A stretch of DNA of 64,000 nucleotides from Pristiophorus japonicus (lineage: Eukaryota): the NCBI RefSeq assembly GCF_044704955.1, contig NC_091978.1:113150001-113214000 (forward strand). The letters are read 5' to 3'. Both the position numbers and the translations under genes were made by a program. Below, one piece after another: positions 59,429 to 64,000 of this stretch. Numbering within the stretch: position 1 is the first letter of the stretch; each line of letters begins with the position of its first letter. The notes under the pieces were generated by a model. It did not search any database. It was given only the letters and a program-made list of their open reading frames with translations, and was not told the DNA's origin.

Positions 59429-59562
59429 AAGTAGCTAGAGTAAATCGTTTTCAGGGTGGATAGAAGGGTAATGATCCGATACATAACATAGGCTAACCGA
59501 AGGTGCAGCAGGACATCAGGAGAATTGTTGTATGAAATTCTATCCCGTAGAACTGACATAGA

Positions 59563-60607
59563 CCAGGCAGTGACTAGTGGGGTACCACAAGGTTCAGTGC
59601 TGGGACCCCAGCTATTTACAATATACATTAATGATTTAGACGAAGGAATTGAATGTAATATCTCCAAGTTTGCAAATGACACTAAGCTGGGTGGCAGTTT
59701 GAGCTGTGAGGAGGATGCTAAGAGGCTTCAGGGTGATTTGGACAGGTTAGGTGAGTGGGCAAATGCATGGCAGATGCAGTATAATGTAGATAAATGTGAG
59801 GTTATCCACTTTGCTGGCAAAAACAGGAAGGCAGAATATTATCTGAATGGTGACAGATTCAGAAAAGTGGAGGTGCAACAAGACCTGGGTGTCATGGTAC
59901 ATCAGTCATTGAAAGTTGGCATGCAGGTACAGCAGGCAGTGAAGAAGGCAAATGGCATGTTGGCCTTCCTAGTGAGAGGATTTAAATATTAGAGCAGGGA
60001 CATCTTTCTGCAGTTGTACAGGGCCTTGGTGAGGCCATACCTTGAATATTGTGTACAGTTTTGGTTCTAATCTGAGGAAGGACATTCTTGCTATTGAGGG
60101 AGTGCAGCGAAGGTTCACCAGACTGATTCCCAGGATGGTAGGACTGACATATGAAGAAAGATTGGATCGACTAGGCTTATATTCACTGGAATTTAGAAGA
60201 ATGAGAGGGGATCTCATAGAAACATATAAAATTCTGACAGGATTGGACAGGTTAGATGTAGGAAGTATGTTCCAGATGTTGGGGAAGTCCAGAACCATGG
60301 GTCACAGTCTAAGGATAAGGGATAAGCCATTTAGGACCGAGATGAGTAGAAACTTCTTGACTCAGAGAATTGTGAACCTGTGAAATTCTCTACCACAGAA
60401 AGTCGTTGAGGCCAGTTTGTTAGATATATTCAAAAAGAAGTTAGATGTGGCCCTTACGGCTAAAGGGATCAAAGGGTATGGAGAGAAAGCAGGAATGGGG
60501 TACTGAAGTTGCATGATCAGCCATGATCATATTGTATGGTGGTGCAGGTTCGATGGCCCAAATGGCCTACTCCTGCACCTATTTTCTATGTTTCTATGTT
60601 TCTATGT
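59563..60607 (+). mobile_element. CR1 LINE, 5'-truncated
   Basis: [25 protein letters not shown]..; (TTTCTATG)n tail. Confidence 0.92.
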
Positions 60608-61145
60608 GATCTCCTGGGAGAGGCAATAAAAACAGATCAACAATTTGGGGGGGGGGAATCTGAGAAATTCCTCTCCGACCCATCTAGGCGATCAAAACTA
60701 GTCTAGGAGATCACTCTGGCCATTAAGTTCCCTGCAGTACCTACCTTCTGTAAGAGTTTATCTCCGCATTAAGATCTGCCTGAATCAGACGAGCCTCTTC
60801 CAGAGTTCTAGCACTCGCACAGATCTTGGTATCATCTGCAAATTAGCAAATTGTGCCGCCAACCCCTGAATCCAGATCATTAATAAAAATAGTAAAAAGC
60901 AACAGTCCCAACACTGATCCCTGCGGAACACCACTGGTGACCGGTCTCCAAATAGATCCAAATCTATCTATAACTATTCTTTGCTTTGTGTCCTGCCAGC
61001 CAGTTCTGTATCCAGCTCAATATATTTCCACTAATACCAGAGGCTCCAATCTTATAGAGAAGTCTGTTGTGCGGTACCTTGTCAAAAGCTTTTTTGTCTA
61101 CTGGGCTTCCCTCATCCACCAACTTTGTAACTTCTTCAAAAAAAC
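60608..61145 (-). mobile_element. Different CR1-like LINE fragment
   Basis: Minus strand ..[34 protein letters not shown]-like remnant at 60820-60950. Confidence 0.65.
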
Positions 61146-61486
61146 ACGATGAAAGTAAAGTTAGGGTTTACTATTAGATCCATCCCAGCACCATTTGTGC
61201 TGCTATCCAGACTAACTAGAGTGGTAAGCCTATAGATTCAAAATTCAAACTACCTACACTCCAAAGACTGGTCTGGTTGCCTGCCAGAGTCAAATATCCC
61301 ACTTTCCAGGTTCCCTCATTTACATGGCATGAGCAAGCTTCAAGTACAAAACCCGCTTCCCATAGGCAGTTCATTCACTGGGTGCAGAAAATCATTTACT
61401 GCTACAGGTTCTTAAGAACTTGCAGCAGCTTAAAGGGGAGGTGAATTATTTTTGGCCACACTGGATCATTTTGGAGTTGCAGCAAG

Positions 61487-61695
61487 ATGTCTGATGATCA
61501 ACGGGGCGTGTAAGTTTTCTAACACAGCTATGAAGATTCTGGTGGAGAAAGCAGGGGAGAGGAGCGACTTCTTGCCCTTGGATGGGAATAGGCTTGTCAG
61601 GAGTTAACACCGCACGTTAATGTCAACAATATATACACAAGGACCTGGCTGCTTTGCCACAAGGCATTGTTACCTCACCAAGAGTGCCAAGATAG
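61487..61695 (+). pseudogene. Very degenerate Myb/SANT-like exon (Harbinger remnant)
   Basis: FSNTAMKILVEKAGERSDF..TRTWLLCHK..LTKSAK, same pattern as 47468 and ~5200. Confidence 0.4.
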
Positions 61696-61852
61696 GAATC
61701 ATCTGACATATCTCTCTTTATTATTGTTGTACCCCAGCCCCCCCCCCACCCATGGCCCCCATCCTTGCCTCTGCATAATTTCATTATTTTCCATGCTTGC
61801 CCATTAGTCAGCAGGGAAGGCTTTGTTGAATCTCCTTTCTACTTCTAATCAA

Positions 61853-62385
61853 TAACAGCTTGCCATTATATAGCGCCTTTAATGTAGTAAAACATCCCAA
61901 GGTGCTTCACAGGAGCGTTATCAAACAAAATTTGAATGTGAGTCACATAAGGATATATTAAGGAAAATGACCAAAAGCTTGGTCAAAGAAGTAGGTTTCA
62001 ATGAGCATCTTAAAGGAAGAGAGAGAAGTGGAGAATTTTAAAGAAGAAAGAAAGACTTACATTTATATACCGCTTTTCACGACCACCGGACGGGTCTCAA
62101 AGCACTTTACAGCCAATGAAGTACTTTTGGAGTGTAGTCACTGTTTTTGTTATGTTGATTGAGAGATAAATATTGGCCAGGACACTGGGGATAACTCCCC
62201 TGCTCTTCTTCAAATAATGCCATGGCATCTTTTATGTCCACCTGAGAGTTGGTTTAACATCTTATCCGAAAGACGGCACCTCCGACAGTGCAGCATTCCC
62301 TCAGCACTGCACTGGAGTGTCAGCCTAAATTTATGTGCTCAAGTCCCTGAAGTGGGTTTAGAGAGGGAATTCCAGAGTTTAGTGC
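61853..62385 (-). mobile_element. L2 LINE 3' end interrupted by a SINE and cut by the ERV
   Basis: ATAGCGCCTTTAATGTAGTAAAACATCCCAAGG..; resumes at 62357 with TTTAGAGAGGGAATTCCAGAG, as at 35400. Confidence 0.7.
62044..62356 (-). mobile_element. SacSINE1-like DeuSINE, 5'-truncated
   Basis: Reverse complement of the Deu core: GGTTTAACATCTTATCCGAAAGACGGCACCTCCGACAG. Confidence 0.75.
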
Positions 62386-62744
62386 TGTTAGATCTCTTAA
62401 TTTCCAATGAAATACGAACTCCGATGGTAGTTTTAACTTTTTAATTCTTGGCAGAGAGTAACAAACTGCTGGCTGATTGCCAGTTTCTTTGTCTTACTGA
62501 GACACATGGTAAAAATGGCTGTATTTATGCCTGGATCAATTTACAGAAAAGAACTCGCCTTCTTTGACCTTATTGGTTCAATTGAAAGTCTTTTAACATT
62601 TTATTGGCTCGCTACCCAAGGTCCGAAAATGTCAAGTTGATTGATGAGTTAATGCAATGTGGCTGAAATGCATGTAGCATCTCTGACTTGTTGTCTGTGA
62701 ATTTTCACAGCCTGTCTAAATGAGCCTGTTTGAATACTCTATCA
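62386..62744 (-). promoter_or_regulatory. ERV 3' LTR (359 bp) with CCAAT boxes, TATA-like box and poly(A) signal
   Basis: Minus strand TGATAGA..TCTAACA inverted termini directly after the PPT; two CCAAT (~62605, ~62574); CATAAATA (~62525); ATTAAA (~62443). Confidence 0.8.
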
Positions 62745-64000
62745 ATCCCCCCTTTGATTCTTTCACAAACTGAATCATACAACATCAGGTATCACTGGTT
62801 AAACATTCTACAAAATAATTTCATACATGTTAATAGAGTTTCCTTCTAAAATTTGTTGATGTGTTTCGCCACATGTCCGGACTAGTAGCTTCCACACAAA
62901 TTTACACCAACCCGAGTTCAATCGTGGCCACAATGGAAGTCTGGTTTTAGTAGGTTAATTAACCTTATTCCAATTTAATCCAAATCAATATCTTAATTTA
63001 ACCAGTAAACAACCTTTCCTTAAGCATAACATACCCCTGTGCCACGTACAGACGGTCTGCTGGGACCTGCAAGGTGTCTCACCTGCGGGACAGCAGCTAC
63101 AGCCGCCTGGTCGCAACAACATTTAATCAACATAAACAAACAATATAAAAGTAAAAGGTATTTACATGTAATTCCCTTGGTACTCTACTATTTCCCTTTG
63201 GTGCAGAGGGTCGGCTAGTAAGAAGTAGGCCTATGCCTAGAATACCTACAATCAATACTACAGTAAATTTATACATTTTCGCAAAATGTAATTGTCCTTA
63301 TTAGATTTCAGCTTCAGTTACGGGTGCTCGTTTAACATGTGAAGCGTGGATCCAGGCTTTCTTTCCTTGGACTTTAACAGCTGCCTGGGTGGTCAATAAC
63401 ACTTGATAAGGTCCCTCCCACTTGGCACCCAAAGGTTTTTTATGCAACTTTTTCACATAGACCCAGACTCCCGGGATGATGTCGTGTCCTCCTTCGGGTG
63501 GATTACCCCAAGCTGCCGATACCTGTCAGGAAACAGAACTAATAGCATTGGTTAAGTTCTGACAGTATGATAACAAAGTGTCACTCATTAAGTGAACATC
63601 AGCTTTCCGTAAATCGATAGTTCCTGGCAGCTACATGGGTCTTCCTGTTATAATTTCAAATGGGCTTAGACCTGTAGTTCTGTTCGGGGTTGCCCTAATG
63701 CTACATAGCACTATTGGTAGTGCCTGGGGCCATGGTGTTCCTTCTTGGTGACATTTGGCAAGCCGTTGTTTCAGAGTTCGATTCATTCGCTCTACTTGTC
63801 CTGATGATTGTGGATGATAAGGACAGTGTAAATCCCACGTAATGTTCAGTAACCTACAGACTTCTTGGCAGACAGCACCTGTGAAATGTGTTCCCTGATC
63901 TGAGTCAATGCTACTCGGGACTCCCCATCGGGGAATGTAATCCTTACACAAGACCTTTGCAGTGTGATTGGCTGTGGCTCTTTTAGTTGGGACAGCTTCT
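62386..64000 (-). mobile_element. Endogenous retrovirus, class I (gamma/epsilon-like), 3' part: integrase, env remnant, PPT, 3' LTR
   Basis: IN core SIDSDQGTHF..PYHPQSSGQVERMNRTLK; C-terminus [31 protein letters not shown] ending at 63301; two in-frame stops; PPT AAAGAATCAAAGGGGGGA. Confidence 0.88.

Noticed and set aside
2141-60298. Many antisense ORFs over CR1 copies (e.g. [11 protein letters not shown].., [12 protein letters not shown]..)
   Set aside because: Recurrent shadow ORFs of the CR1 consensus with no independent coding signal.
53613-64000. Apparent truncation of the integrin (no last calf-2, TM or GFFKR exons)
   Set aside because: The region is almost all transposon. Introns here reach ~7 kb, so the remaining exons most likely lie beyond the window.

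Overview
Eukaryotic genomic DNA, most likely from a cartilaginous fish (shark). This is inferred from the repeat complement: SacSINE1/DeuSINE-like SINEs and many CR1 LINEs with (TTTCTATG)n or (TTCTTATG)n tails. The window is the interior of one + strand multi-exon gene, a collagen-binding I-domain integrin alpha chain most similar to ITGA2. I traced 21 coding exons (2611..53612, 2663 nt) that splice in phase with no stop, from the MIDAS/I-domain through the FG-GAP propeller to the thigh/calf domains. The first and last exons lie outside the window. One intron needs a GC donor (13206) and one acceptor is NAGNAG. The introns are packed with often nested transposons: CR1, L2, RTE and Penelope-like retroelements; two internally deleted Ty3/Gypsy copies with 5-bp TSDs; PIF/Harbinger-like elements carrying only a spliced Myb/SANT gene, plus many related MITEs; a hAT-type MITE; a 1.7-kb minisatellite; and, at the right end, the 3' part of a class I (gamma/epsilon-like) endogenous retrovirus whose env is almost entirely deleted. 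I see no convincing wholly new biological system. The best leads are the Myb-only Harbinger/MITE group, the env-deleted ERV, a twin-primed RTE, a split Penelope hammerhead and the ancestral-looking integrin. All calls were made by eye without database searches, and repeat boundaries are approximate.
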